Part shown: positions 16,412 through 25,166 of the stretch, piece by piece
Layout of the letters: the number at the start of each line of letters is the position of its first letter
How positions within the stretch are numbered: position 1 is the first letter of the stretch
Assembly: GCA_029261875.1 (NCBI GenBank)
Contig: JAJDAL010000034.1
Span: forward strand, 85,066-149,065
Source: Deltaproteobacteria bacterium
GTDB taxonomy: Bacteria > Myxococcota_A > UBA9160 > JAJDAL01
Direction: 5' to 3'
DNA length: 64,000 nt
Translations under genes and position numbers: made by a program
Notes under the pieces: generated by a model
Told to the model about the DNA's origin: nothing
The model's database searches: none
The model's input: the letters and a program-made list of their open reading frames with translations, nothing else

Positions 16412-17683
16412 ATGGCGTTTCGATTCAGACTTCCCGAGGCTCCTATGAAATGTGTCCATGTATTCGTTCTCCTCAGTTCCATGTTCCTTCTCGCGCCCCG
16501 AGCTACAGCGGAGATGGTGCCGCTGTTGATTGACCCGGTTTCAATCTCCGTCTCTGTCAGGATCACACAAGGCGAAGGTGCGCCGGTCGAGACAGACAAT
16601 TCAGGTACTGCTTCGGCATCCGCGCAGCTACATAGGAACTTGCTTAGTAATTCTTTCGGCGAGGGCAGTTTAAGCGCAGCCGTAGAAGCCGACCGGATCA
16701 GTTTTGCGGGAGCCGCTAGTGGCTTTAATACCGCAGGGGTCGGTAGTAGCCTAGTTAGGATTGTCTTGAGTAGCGAACTGGAGGTTGCGTTTGATGTCCC
16801 CGATATCGGATTTGCGCTTACGCCGGTCGTCCTGCAGTTCGTCAATGTTTCTCCTCCGAGCGCAACAATATCCATCTCATTCTTCAGCACACTTCTGAAC
16901 GCTGAGCTAACTACCCTCAATCAGACGATAGGTTCTGAAGATGCAGTTGTCCTCGACCTCCTTCCCGGAGATCGGATTATTGTCTCCGGAACCGTACAGG
17001 CTGGTGCCTTGTTCGTTCCCCCTTTCAACGGATCGGGGTCATTCTCAAACTCGTCCCAGTTCCGTTTTCAGGTATCGGACAATCCGAACAACCTTGTCGA
17101 GTGCCAGTCGAACCTCACTCAATGCGTCTCCGATTTGGGGGGTTGTTTGACCAATGCCGCAACCTGCGAGTCCGATCTAAATCTGGCCTTGGGGGATCTC
17201 GCATCGTGTAACGCAACCCTCACCCAACTGGCAACAGATGTTGCTTCATGTAACGACAGCCTTACCGCGTGCTCCACCGACCTCACACAAACGACAACCA
17301 GTCTCTCCCAATGCAGTACCGCTCTCGATTCTACAAGCACGCAGCTATCTGAGGCGCAATCGAGTCTAGACGCAGCCCTCTCCGATTTGGCGCAATGCCT
17401 TTTAGATCCCGGACTACAAGACAGTGATGGTGATGGCGTTCCAGATCCAGGAGATCTATGCCCAAACACAGCCACTACCGATCTCGCCGACGCCCTGGGC
17501 TGTTCACTCCACCAATTTTGCTCGATGGTCAACGCTACGAATCGAGTTGGCAGTCGGGTCTGCAGGAAATCCGATTGGGTCAATGATGAACCTCTGATGA
17601 AGGGTCGCGAGCGAGACTGCACGATCGACAAACGCGGCCGCGGACGAGATGACGATCTCTGCGTGCCCAATCCAGAATTCTAG
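16412..17683 (+). CDS. Secreted A-family protein A3: unknown N-domain, about 100 aa of heptad Cys/Leu coiled-coil-like segment, one TSP3 unit and A-CTD
   Basis: The ATG lies 3 nt after the Q2 stop; an alternative ATG at 16445 gives MKCVHVFVLLSSMFLLAPRATA. Tail DSDGDGVPDPGDLCPNTATTDLADALGCSLHQFC..CRKSDWVNDEPLMKGRERDCTIDKRGRGRDDDLCVPNPEF. Confidence 0.8.
   Translation: MAFRFRLPEAPMKCVHVFVLLSSMFLLAPRATAEMVPLLIDPVSISVSVRITQGEGAPVETDNSGTASASAQLHRNLLSNSFGEGSLSAAVEADRISFAGAASGFNTAGVGSSLVRIVLSSELEVAFDVPDIGFALTPVVLQFVNVSPPSATISISFFSTLLNAELTTLNQTIGSEDAVVLDLLPGDRIIVSGTVQAGALFVPPFNGSGSFSNSSQFRFQVSDNPNNLVECQSNLTQCVSDLGGCLTNAATCESDLNLALGDLASCNATLTQLATDVASCNDSLTACSTDLTQTTTSLSQCSTALDSTSTQLSEAQSSLDAALSDLAQCLLDPGLQDSDGDGVPDPGDLCPNTATTDLADALGCSLHQFCSMVNATNRVGSRVCRKSDWVNDEPLMKGRERDCTIDKRGRGRDDDLCVPNPEF
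17093..17398 (+). repeat. Heptad-periodic Cys/Leu segment (coding)
   Basis: Cys-to-Cys spacings are 7,7,7,14,14,7,14,28 residues. Leu/Val sits 3 residues before each heptad end. Counted directly in LVEC QSNLTQC VSDLGGC LTNAATC ESDLNLALGDLASC NATLTQLATDVASC NDSLTAC STDLTQTTTSLSQC ...LSDLAQC. Confidence 0.85.
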
Positions 17684-18085
17684 ATAGGAAATTCGATGCG
17701 TTCCTTTAGCCGAGTTTCTTTAGTACTAGCCACTGTAACTTTCGCGATGACTGGTCATGCCATTGACCTACCTGTGACCTACCTCGCCGACTTCAAGGAG
17801 TTCAGGCGAAACGCCATCGCTGGCGATTCACTCTCCTTCGACCTCTACACCGACGACGCCTGCACGGGGGTCGTGGCTCACGCGGAACTGAAGTTCGTGG
17901 GCGGTTCCGGGCTCACCGTCGAGAAGACGCTGCCCCAGAAGGCCAAGGGTCAGAAGCCGTCACCGACGAAGGGCGTGCGGCTCCACACGACGCTGTCGCC
18001 CGCGGCGGTGGCCGAGCAGCTCTACTTGAAGGTGACGGGCACCGGCGTCGTCGCGTTGGGAGATGAGTGCCAAGTGCAGGTGGCG
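17414..18085 (+). repeat. Conserved 'hinge' copy 2: A-CTD, 12-nt spacer and B N-domain
   Basis: See 284..985. The flanks (A body upstream, B head downstream) are unrelated between the two copies. Confidence 0.8.
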
Positions 18086-18562
18086 GGGATTCCTGGACCG
18101 GAAGGACCCAAGGGCGATCCCGGACCCTTGCTGGATGTCGCGGCGCGAGTCTATAGCGCGAATGACATAACGGTGGCGCGGTTCTCCAGCCAAGCGCTGA
18201 GTTTTCCAGAGGAGCGATGGGATACGGCTGCCCTGCATGACCCAGCCCAGCCATCAAGAATCGTGATTCCAGCAAGCGGGAACTACCTGATCTATGCGAA
18301 TCTGGCCTGGAGCGCTGCGGACCTGTTTGGAACGGAGCGCTTTGTGATGCAGTTTCGAGTGAATGGGTCACAGATAACCGCCTCACAAACCAACAATGCC
18401 GACGGGCTCCCTTTGAACCCAACCCATTCTCTTAGTACTGCCGCGCTTTTAGTAGCCGGAGACTACTTGGAGGTTGTAGTAGAGCACAGTGCCCCGAGCA
18501 ACCGGCGCATCGTGGCTCTTCCCGACTACTCACCGGACTTCGGAATCGTTCGTCTCCCATAA
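17696..18562 (+). CDS. Secreted B-family protein P5 with a C1q/TNF-like head
   Basis: Leader MRSFSRVSLVLATVTFAMTGHA. Conserved N-domain. Tract GIP GPE GPK GDP GPL. The head motifs IVIPASGNYLIYANLAW..FVMQFRVNGSQI..STAALLVAGDYLEVVVE..SPDFGIVRLP match the C1q jelly-roll pattern. Starts 12 nt after the A3 stop. Confidence 0.85.
   Translation: MRSFSRVSLVLATVTFAMTGHAIDLPVTYLADFKEFRRNAIAGDSLSFDLYTDDACTGVVAHAELKFVGGSGLTVEKTLPQKAKGQKPSPTKGVRLHTTLSPAAVAEQLYLKVTGTGVVALGDECQVQVAGIPGPEGPKGDPGPLLDVAARVYSANDITVARFSSQALSFPEERWDTAALHDPAQPSRIVIPASGNYLIYANLAWSAADLFGTERFVMQFRVNGSQITASQTNNADGLPLNPTHSLSTAALLVAGDYLEVVVEHSAPSNRRIVALPDYSPDFGIVRLP
18086..18130 (+). repeat. Collagen-like G-X-Y tract (5 triplets) in P5
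   Basis: Read directly from the translation. Confidence 0.8.
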
Positions 18563-18668
18563 CTCTCGTCGGTGTGGATTCCATCGAGTTAATTGAGCGC
18601 GGCCGCCGTACCCCAAGGCACGGTACGGATTGGGGATGGTCATCTGAGATCATGGACGGGGTAGGTGA

Positions 18669-19009
18669 ATGGTAGACGAAACGACCGGGCGACTGATCAT
18701 ACTCTCCATTACCTTCGCGTGCGCAATCATCGTACTCGCCTACCGAGACTTTGCGCTCGCTAAGGGGTGGGCGATGGGAGAATGGAATCACTCGGACACA
18801 TCATGGCTGAAACTCCTGGCCGGGCTGTGCTTGCTAGGAGCACCAGTCGTGGGTTCATCGAAGGTCCGTGGTGGCTCGTTCTTCTAGTGCCTGTCTGCGG
18901 GTTCGCCATTGGGCTGCTCACCACGAGTATCCTTCGTAGTCTCATCCAGCCGGTCGCTATCGCCGGACTCGTGATAGGTTGGATTTGGTCTGTCGTTTGG
19001 TTGCCTTAG
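18669..19009 (+). pseudogene. Possible frameshifted small multi-pass membrane protein
   Basis: Two overlapping ORFs in different frames (18669..18887 and 18767..19009) each encode hydrophobic helices. A single +1/-1 shift near 18850 would join them. This is weak evidence. Confidence 0.25.
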
Positions 19010-19159
19010 GCGCTCATCCGGAGTGAGGAGTGGAGGCCCGCACATGCGCTTCATATCCGCTCTCGCGCTGATTCTCGCGCCGGCCTTGGCCGGGTTCTCG
19101 CAAGCGGTGCCCTACCCGTTTTCTCGAAGCGTGAGCTTCTCCGATCCAATGAGTAACGC

Positions 19160-19651
19160 ATGACAAAGGAAGGACGAGTAGTAGCTGGAACGTGTATACG
19201 CACGATTCTGAGAAACGAGCCGTGGCAAGACTTTGGTTATCCGAGGCGGCCTCGCCACGGCACATTCTTTCAAAGGTTGCGACCCCACTGGAAGGTCGAA
19301 CTTGAAAAGACGTTGCTCCAGGAGATGTTGATCGCACTCACTGCTGCGCACGTACGGGCGGGTGCAGTCTCTGCTGACGAAGTCTCAGAGATTATCGGGA
19401 TATACACATCGCACCCGATGGCAATTCAATCCTTTGGCTATGCGTCGCGAGAAGAAGCAGTGAGACACCTCACTGATTCAATCGCGGAATACCTGCAGGC
19501 TCCGTTAGATGAATGGGGCGGTTTGCTTTGCAGGAGAGTGGCCCCGGAATCGATCCCTAACGAAAAGATCTCCGTTCAGATCTTTGTTGGGTGTGCGGAG
19601 TTCGGATTGAACTTGCGCCAAATGGTCGGCGTAATTGGGCGTGGTACCTAG
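19160..19651 (+). CDS. Hypothetical protein
   Basis: 163-aa ORF with non-low-complexity composition and no family recognised. Lies just left of the XRE regulator. Confidence 0.45.
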   Translation: MTKEGRVVAGTCIRTILRNEPWQDFGYPRRPRHGTFFQRLRPHWKVELEKTLLQEMLIALTAAHVRAGAVSADEVSEIIGIYTSHPMAIQSFGYASREEAVRHLTDSIAEYLQAPLDEWGGLLCRRVAPESIPNEKISVQIFVGCAEFGLNLRQMVGVIGRGT

Positions 19652-19782
19652 TCTCGGAGCTAACCGAGGCCAGATGCGTCCCCCGAAAGTAACGATTCCT
19701 CCGGGCCAGCCCCCCTGCCCTAGCGGTTCTAGCGCCGCGTAACGTGCGTGCGCAGTGGGTTTTCTGTAGCAGTGGGTAACAT

Positions 19783-20316
19783 ATGGAGACGATGTCGAAA
19801 GGTGTCCCTTCAGGTTCTAGTGACTGCCGTAGACCTATTGAGCAATGGGAAAGGAGACCATTGGCCGATGTAGGACAGTTGGTCCGGGAACTGCGATCGA
19901 CATCCGGAATGACTCAGGCGCAGCTAGGTGCGGCCGCAAAACTCTCCCGGGTCCAGGTCTGTCGAATCGAGAAGGGAACGAGACGGACGCGGCGTTCGAC
20001 GCTTGAACGAATTTCCGCTGCGATCAGTGCGAAGCGGCCGTGGCTGGGAACACCCGCCCTTCTAACTCAGCGTCTTGTATCAATGGCAGGAGACGCCCTG
20101 GCGCCTGAGTCGAAGTTTCGAGAGCGAATCGAGCGTCGGCGGCTTCGGAGGATTCGGAAATCTCGACGCCAGGTAGAGAGCCGAACACCGCGGCCCGGCG
20201 AAAAGTCGCAGCACTATCTTCGCCGCTTGGATTCGCTCGGCCGATCACCGGCATCGGATGTGCCCTGCCCCACCTGCGGCCAGTTCAAGGCCCGCCGAAC
20301 GATCTGGGCAGATTGA
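19783..20316 (+). CDS. XRE/Cro-C1-type HTH transcriptional regulator
   Basis: LVRELRSTSGMTQAQLGAAAKLSRVQVCRIEKGTRRTRRSTLERISAAI fits the HTH_3 pattern. Basic C-terminal part with CPTCGQ. Confidence 0.75.
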   Translation: METMSKGVPSGSSDCRRPIEQWERRPLADVGQLVRELRSTSGMTQAQLGAAAKLSRVQVCRIEKGTRRTRRSTLERISAAISAKRPWLGTPALLTQRLVSMAGDALAPESKFRERIERRRLRRIRKSRRQVESRTPRPGEKSQHYLRRLDSLGRSPASDVPCPTCGQFKARRTIWAD

Positions 20317-20436
20317 TGCGCGTCCCGAAAGGTTCAGGTTTTGGGACCAATGGTCCGGTGTCGATTGCCGACCCAAGTACGGGAGCTTACGGACTCCCTT
20401 GTCCCGCGAATCGCGCACCCTTTTGGGACATGCAGT

Positions 20437-21036
20437 CTACGACGCAACGTTTGCCGCCTTTGGCTTGCTGACAACACGCCCCACGCTTGCCTTCGAGACG
20501 CCCACTAGGCCGGCGATCTCGCGGATCGTGCGGCCAGACTCACGCAGTCTCACGATTCGGCGCTGTAGCTCGCCGGTGACAGTCTTGGGGCGTCCTATGC
20601 GCGTTCCATTGCGTCGAGCGGCCCGCATACCCATCGCGATTCGATCACGAATCAGGTCACCTTCAAACTCCGCGATAGCCCCGAGAACGTGAAAGAGAAG
20701 CCTCCCCGTTGGCGTCGATGTATCAATCGCTTGATCAAGAACAATGAGGTCAATTCCGAGTGCCTCTAGCTCTCCCGCCAATGTTGTGAGGTGGCGAACG
20801 CTTCGGGCCAATCGATCGAGCTTCCAGACCAAAATAGCGTCAAAACGTCTCCGTCTGCCGTCCGCAATCATCTGATCGATCGCAGGCCTACGCTGAGCGG
20901 AGCCTGACACTCCATTGTCTATGTAGACCTCGACTACCTCAAGGTTTCGTACGGCGGCATATGACGTTAGTTCATCGATCTGGTTCTCGGCATGCTGCTC
21001 CTTCGTCGAAACACGACCGTACACGGCGACTCGCAT
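20437..21036 (-). CDS. Small serine recombinase (resolvase/invertase family)
   Basis: MRVAVYGRVSTKEQ catalytic Ser context, LVWKLDRLARS, GRLLFHVLGAIAEFE, and the C-terminal HTH GRTIREIAGLVGVSKASV. Confidence 0.9.
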   Translation of the reverse strand: MRVAVYGRVSTKEQHAENQIDELTSYAAVRNLEVVEVYIDNGVSGSAQRRPAIDQMIADGRRRRFDAILVWKLDRLARSVRHLTTLAGELEALGIDLIVLDQAIDTSTPTGRLLFHVLGAIAEFEGDLIRDRIAMGMRAARRNGTRIGRPKTVTGELQRRIVRLRESGRTIREIAGLVGVSKASVGRVVSKPKAANVAS

Positions 21037-21424
21037 GGCAATCCCTCCGGCTCTCAAATCTAGATGCAACGGTCTCGTTTGCATAGGAAACGAATTGAGA
21101 AAACGAAAGTACGGTCTTCCACTTTGGAGTCCCCGCCCTGGAGCCCGAAGCACACGTAGGGTCGCGCTTAACAGCCCCACGCAGAACATGCGGGGAGTTG
21201 AGATCGGACAGAGGCCCCCCACCCCCCTTCTGGGTAATGGGTCCCATCTAGCTGTCACTTGGGGCCCCAGCGGCGCTCCCCCAAAAAAAACTGTTCGCGC
21301 GCGAGGGAGCTCCGACTAAACTCTTGTGGGGCGCGGCTCGGCTCGGCCGGCCGAATGTCGGGATCCTGCAACCGACGTGCCGCGCCCTCCTTTTACGCTG
21401 CAGGACGCGCCAGCAGGAGGCGCA

Positions 21425-22216
21425 ATGGCTGTCACTATCGACACATTGCTCGCTCACCTCGAGCCCTTTGACCTTCTTTCGCGTGACGATGCAACGCAAC
21501 GAATCGTACACATCGACGAACACTTTCGACACGCGGTGACGACTGGGCGACCACTCCGATCTTCTGAGATCACGCGCGACCTTGATCTTGTAGTTCGCCG
21601 AGCGTCTGACCTGCGCGATGCGATGAACAACTTGGACCCCCGGATAGTTGTTACTCTTGGTACCCAGGACGGAAGGCGTGACCTTGGCGACCTGCGGACG
21701 CGTGCCGGAATTGATTCCCTTTGGAAGCGTCTCTCCGCGCCTTGGGAGCAAGACCCTTGGGTCGGGCGCTTGTCAGCACTTATCGATCTCTGCTCGTACA
21801 CCAAAGAGACGTTGGTCCCGGACGCAGGTGGCCCCACTGCCGGCCTCGGGTACTCCAAGTTCTGGCTTGCACAAGAATGTGCGTTGTTGTTTGGAATGGC
21901 TGGGCAACCTTTGATTTCTGGAACAGCCAGCGGTCCACTCCATTCCTTCGCGGAGGACATGCTCGAGTTTTGCGGCGAACCACCCGTAGAACCTCGGGAT
22001 CGGATGCACAAAGCGATCAAGCAGGCTGTTAAGCGTCTTCCCCGAAAGTTCATCCAAGAACAAGCCAACGAACTCCGAAGTGGGAAATCAGGCGGACATC
22101 CGGATGATGCGTTCCGGAACCAACTCTTGGATTTCCATACAGCAATCGAGCGCTCGCGACTCTTCCCAAGCGCGGTGATACCCGAGACTCCCACTGAGTC
22201 AGATTTAGGGAAATAA
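21425..22216 (+). CDS. Hypothetical protein (element cargo)
   Basis: 263-aa ORF from the ATG at 21425. No family recognised. Followed by a hairpin. Confidence 0.55.
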   Translation: MAVTIDTLLAHLEPFDLLSRDDATQRIVHIDEHFRHAVTTGRPLRSSEITRDLDLVVRRASDLRDAMNNLDPRIVVTLGTQDGRRDLGDLRTRAGIDSLWKRLSAPWEQDPWVGRLSALIDLCSYTKETLVPDAGGPTAGLGYSKFWLAQECALLFGMAGQPLISGTASGPLHSFAEDMLEFCGEPPVEPRDRMHKAIKQAVKRLPRKFIQEQANELRSGKSGGHPDDAFRNQLLDFHTAIERSRLFPSAVIPETPTESDLGK

Positions 22217-22242
22217 CCCCCCCCATTTTACTCGGGGTTATT
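22212..22242 (+). terminator. Stem-loop overlapping the stop codon of 21425..22216
   Basis: aataacccc (22212..22220) pairs with ggggttatt (22234..22242) across a 13-nt loop. There is no clear T-run, so its function is uncertain. Confidence 0.3.
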
Positions 22243-22323
22243 CCCCTAGTTCCAATGACGACGGCATGCGACCGTTCGCTCTCGAACGCAGTGGTTGCCA
22301 ATACCACGACGGGGGCACATCGA

Positions 22324-22575
22324 ATGCGAACTGAATCTCTTCCTCACCTCTTAACGCAACAAATTGTTGCTGACCTTCTCCACATCTCCGAACGAACGCT
22401 CGAAAGATGGCGGTGCACTGGCGTTGGGCCGCCATTTGCCAAAGTCGGTCGCCGATGCCTCTACCGGGTCAAAGACCTGGAGGAATGGGTCGAGAAATGC
22501 AGCCACACCTCCAGAGAGAGAGCCCTTGCGCCGATGGGCAAGCCGACGCCTGATGGCCAGTTCGGCGGAGCATGA
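22324..22575 (+). CDS. AlpA/excisionase-like HTH DNA-binding protein
   Basis: LLTQQIVADLLHISERTLERWRCTGVGPPFAKVGRRCLYRVKDLEEWV fits the HTH_17/AlpA pattern. The stop overlaps the next start as ATGA. Confidence 0.7.
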   Translation: MRTESLPHLLTQQIVADLLHISERTLERWRCTGVGPPFAKVGRRCLYRVKDLEEWVEKCSHTSRERALAPMGKPTPDGQFGGA

Positions 22576-25166
22576 GGATGGATGCTCACACTGATACCAG
22601 CACCTTCTCAGTCGAAAGTCACGGACCGATGGCAACAGCGATGCGGGGGACCCTCGAACTCCTCGTCCCGCACGGGTCAGTTAGTGAAATACGCATTCTC
22701 AATACTCGACAGGGAACTGTGTCGGGATACTTCGACGACCTCGACCTCATGGCGGCCGCCGCGGCGCAATGGGACGGAAACGCTACCGGTGTGTTCTTTA
22801 CCCTAAATCCCGTTACGTCAGATCTCCTCGCACGGTCGAGCAACAGGTTAAAGCCGTACTCGAGATTCACGACTAGAGACGCCGAAATTACGGGTCGCGT
22901 ATGGCTCCCTATTGATGTCGATCCAATTCGCCCACGTGGAATCTCCTCGAACACCGCGGAGCACCAAGCCGCCCTTGAGCAAGCGAAGAAGATACGGGAT
23001 TACCTGGCCGAACGGGGATGGCCTGCTCCTATATTCGCGGACTCCGGAAATGGGGGGCACCTTCTCTACAGAATCAAGCAAACCAATGACGCCAGCACCA
23101 CGGACTTGATTAACCGCTGCCTAAACTCAATCGCGTTTCGCTTTTCGGATGACGTTGTATCGATCGACACAGCAGTAGGAAATGCAGCTCGAATTTGGAA
23201 GCTGTATGGAACACTCGCCTGCAAAGGAGACAGCCTCCCCGATCGCCCACACCGTCGGTCGCAGGTCCTTTCTGCCCCAGCGTGCCTCGACGAGGTCAAT
23301 GAAGTGCAACTTGAAGCACTCGCTGCAGAAAGCCCGTCTTCGAAGCTATCAGTCGGAAATGGCATCGATGTGGACCGTTGGCTCGAAGACCGTGGGCTTT
23401 CGGGGGTTTTGAAGGTCCCTTGGCAAGGGGGTTTCAAATACGTCTTTGACGAATGCCCGTGGAACGCCGAACACACGAATCGATCAGCCTATATCGTTCA
23501 ATTTTCATCCGGGGCGATCGCCGCTGGGTGTCATCACAACAGTTGCAGCGACAACGATTGGCATGCGCTGAGAGATCAATTCGAGCCAGGATGGAGAGAG
23601 AGACGAAACAACGCCCAGACCCACACCGATGCGCCAGGTCCGTCGGATGATGGATGGCTCGCTCCCGCTCCCTTGCCTGCGCCCCACCCAGCCGTTCCGA
23701 GACTCTCAGTGGATCTCCTACCGGAGCCTTTTCGAGGATGGGTCGCCGACATAGCCGAGCGGGTCAACGTACCCCTTGAGTTCGTAGCAGCTCCCGCAAT
23801 TGTCGCAGCGGGTTCACTGGTGGGACGAGGGGTAGGTATTCGGCCAAAAAGTTGCGACGACTGGACAGTTGTTCCGAATCTTTGGGGGGGTGTCGTCGGT
23901 CCTCCTGGCGTGATGAAGAGTGCCGCGATAGCGGAAGCGACCCGCCCGCTACGTCTGTTGGCTATCGAGGCCGGAAAACAATTCGAACAGTCCCGTGCAA
24001 AACATGAAAACCTTCGCGCCATCTTGGAAATTAGGCTCAAGGCCGCTCATGAGCAGGGGAAGGCTGCGGCGAAATCAAACGACGAGAAGAAACTGGAGTC
24101 GATCCGCGAGGAGATGCTGACGATCCAGCAGGAGATTGAGCAAACAGAGATAACGGAGCGGCGTTTCCAGACACAAGACGCGACAACCGAGAAAATCGCG
24201 GAACTTCTCCGCAAGAACCCTCGCGGAATTCTGATCAACCGCGACGAACTCGCGGGCTGGCTCCGGACCCTCGACAAACCAGGGCGCGAGGGCGATCGGG
24301 AGTTCTATCTCGAAGCCTGGAATGGAAGCGGGGGATTTACTTACGACCGGATAGGACGCGGCACAATTCATGTCCCTGCCGTCACTCTGAGTGTTCTGGG
24401 CGGCATTCAACCTGGAAAGCTTCGTTCCTACATCAACGCCTCACTCGCAGACGACGCGGGGAATGACGGGCTTCTCCAGCGTGTCCAGCTCCTCGTCTGG
24501 CCCGACGACCTAGGAGAATGGCGCAACGTGGACCGATGGCCCGATCAGCTGGCGAAAAAACGAGCCTTCAGCGTCTACTCGGGACTGTCAGTCGTAGACG
24601 CCGAATTGATGGGGGCAGCCAAGGACCAATGCAGCGATGTGCCAGCCTTTCGATTCTCTCCCGAGGCCCAGGAACTATTTGACGAATGGCGGAGCGAGCT
24701 TGAACTGCGACTCCGCAGCCCCGAAGCGGCAGAAACTCCGGCGTTCACGGCTCACCTAGCCAAGTATCGCTCACTAATGCCGTCACTGGCGCTGATCTTC
24801 TCTTTGATCGAGATGCTGGATCGGAACGATGCAACCACGTGCGTTTCGCTTGAGTCTGCCAAGCTCGCGGCTGGGTGGTGTGAGTTTCTAGAGATTCACG
24901 CAAAGAAGGTATACGCGAAAGAGCTTCAGACGGGTGTTTCCGCAGCGCTCGCGTTGGCCGGGAAAATCAAAGGCGGAGCCGCTTCCCATGGCATGTCTAT
25001 ACGTGACATATCACAGCGAGAATGGTCGGGGCTCACCTCTCCGTCACTCGTTCACGAAGGCGTAGATGTTCTTGAGCGACATGGGTGGCTTCGTCGGACC
25101 ACCGTCCCGACCGGCGGTCGCCCATCTGGGATCATCCACATTCACCCGCAGCTGAGAAAACCATGA
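22572..25166 (+). CDS. Replication protein: AEP-type primase-polymerase N-domain, Zn-binding segment and DUF3987-like P-loop domain
   Basis: AEP motifs PIDVDP (DxD) and SGNGGHLLY (sGxGxH). Zn-binding segment CPWNAEH..CHHNSC. GPPGVMKS, and FYLEAWNGSGGFTYDRIGRGTIHVPAVTLSVLGGIQPGKL typical of DUF3987/YfjI-like proteins. Confidence 0.85.
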   Translation: MRMDAHTDTSTFSVESHGPMATAMRGTLELLVPHGSVSEIRILNTRQGTVSGYFDDLDLMAAAAAQWDGNATGVFFTLNPVTSDLLARSSNRLKPYSRFTTRDAEITGRVWLPIDVDPIRPRGISSNTAEHQAALEQAKKIRDYLAERGWPAPIFADSGNGGHLLYRIKQTNDASTTDLINRCLNSIAFRFSDDVVSIDTAVGNAARIWKLYGTLACKGDSLPDRPHRRSQVLSAPACLDEVNEVQLEALAAESPSSKLSVGNGIDVDRWLEDRGLSGVLKVPWQGGFKYVFDECPWNAEHTNRSAYIVQFSSGAIAAGCHHNSCSDNDWHALRDQFEPGWRERRNNAQTHTDAPGPSDDGWLAPAPLPAPHPAVPRLSVDLLPEPFRGWVADIAERVNVPLEFVAAPAIVAAGSLVGRGVGIRPKSCDDWTVVPNLWGGVVGPPGVMKSAAIAEATRPLRLLAIEAGKQFEQSRAKHENLRAILEIRLKAAHEQGKAAAKSNDEKKLESIREEMLTIQQEIEQTEITERRFQTQDATTEKIAELLRKNPRGILINRDELAGWLRTLDKPGREGDREFYLEAWNGSGGFTYDRIGRGTIHVPAVTLSVLGGIQPGKLRSYINASLADDAGNDGLLQRVQLLVWPDDLGEWRNVDRWPDQLAKKRAFSVYSGLSVVDAELMGAAKDQCSDVPAFRFSPEAQELFDEWRSELELRLRSPEAAETPAFTAHLAKYRSLMPSLALIFSLIEMLDRNDATTCVSLESAKLAAGWCEFLEIHAKKVYAKELQTGVSAALALAGKIKGGAASHGMSIRDISQREWSGLTSPSLVHEGVDVLERHGWLRRTTVPTGGRPSGIIHIHPQLRKP

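Noticed and set aside
1-18562. Diversity-generating retroelement as an explanation for the variable C-lectin-like and other heads.
   Set aside because: No reverse-transcriptase ORF (no YxDD-type motif seen) exists in the window. No template/variable repeat pair with adenine-specific differences is present. The paralogs differ over whole domains, not at scattered codons.
21037-21424. Resolvase res site or promoter in the divergent intergenic region, which contains an A8 run and a GCTCCC/GGGAGC inverted repeat.
   Set aside because: The stem is only 6 bp with a ~30-nt loop, and no repeated subsites were recognisable by eye. The evidence is insufficient for a call.
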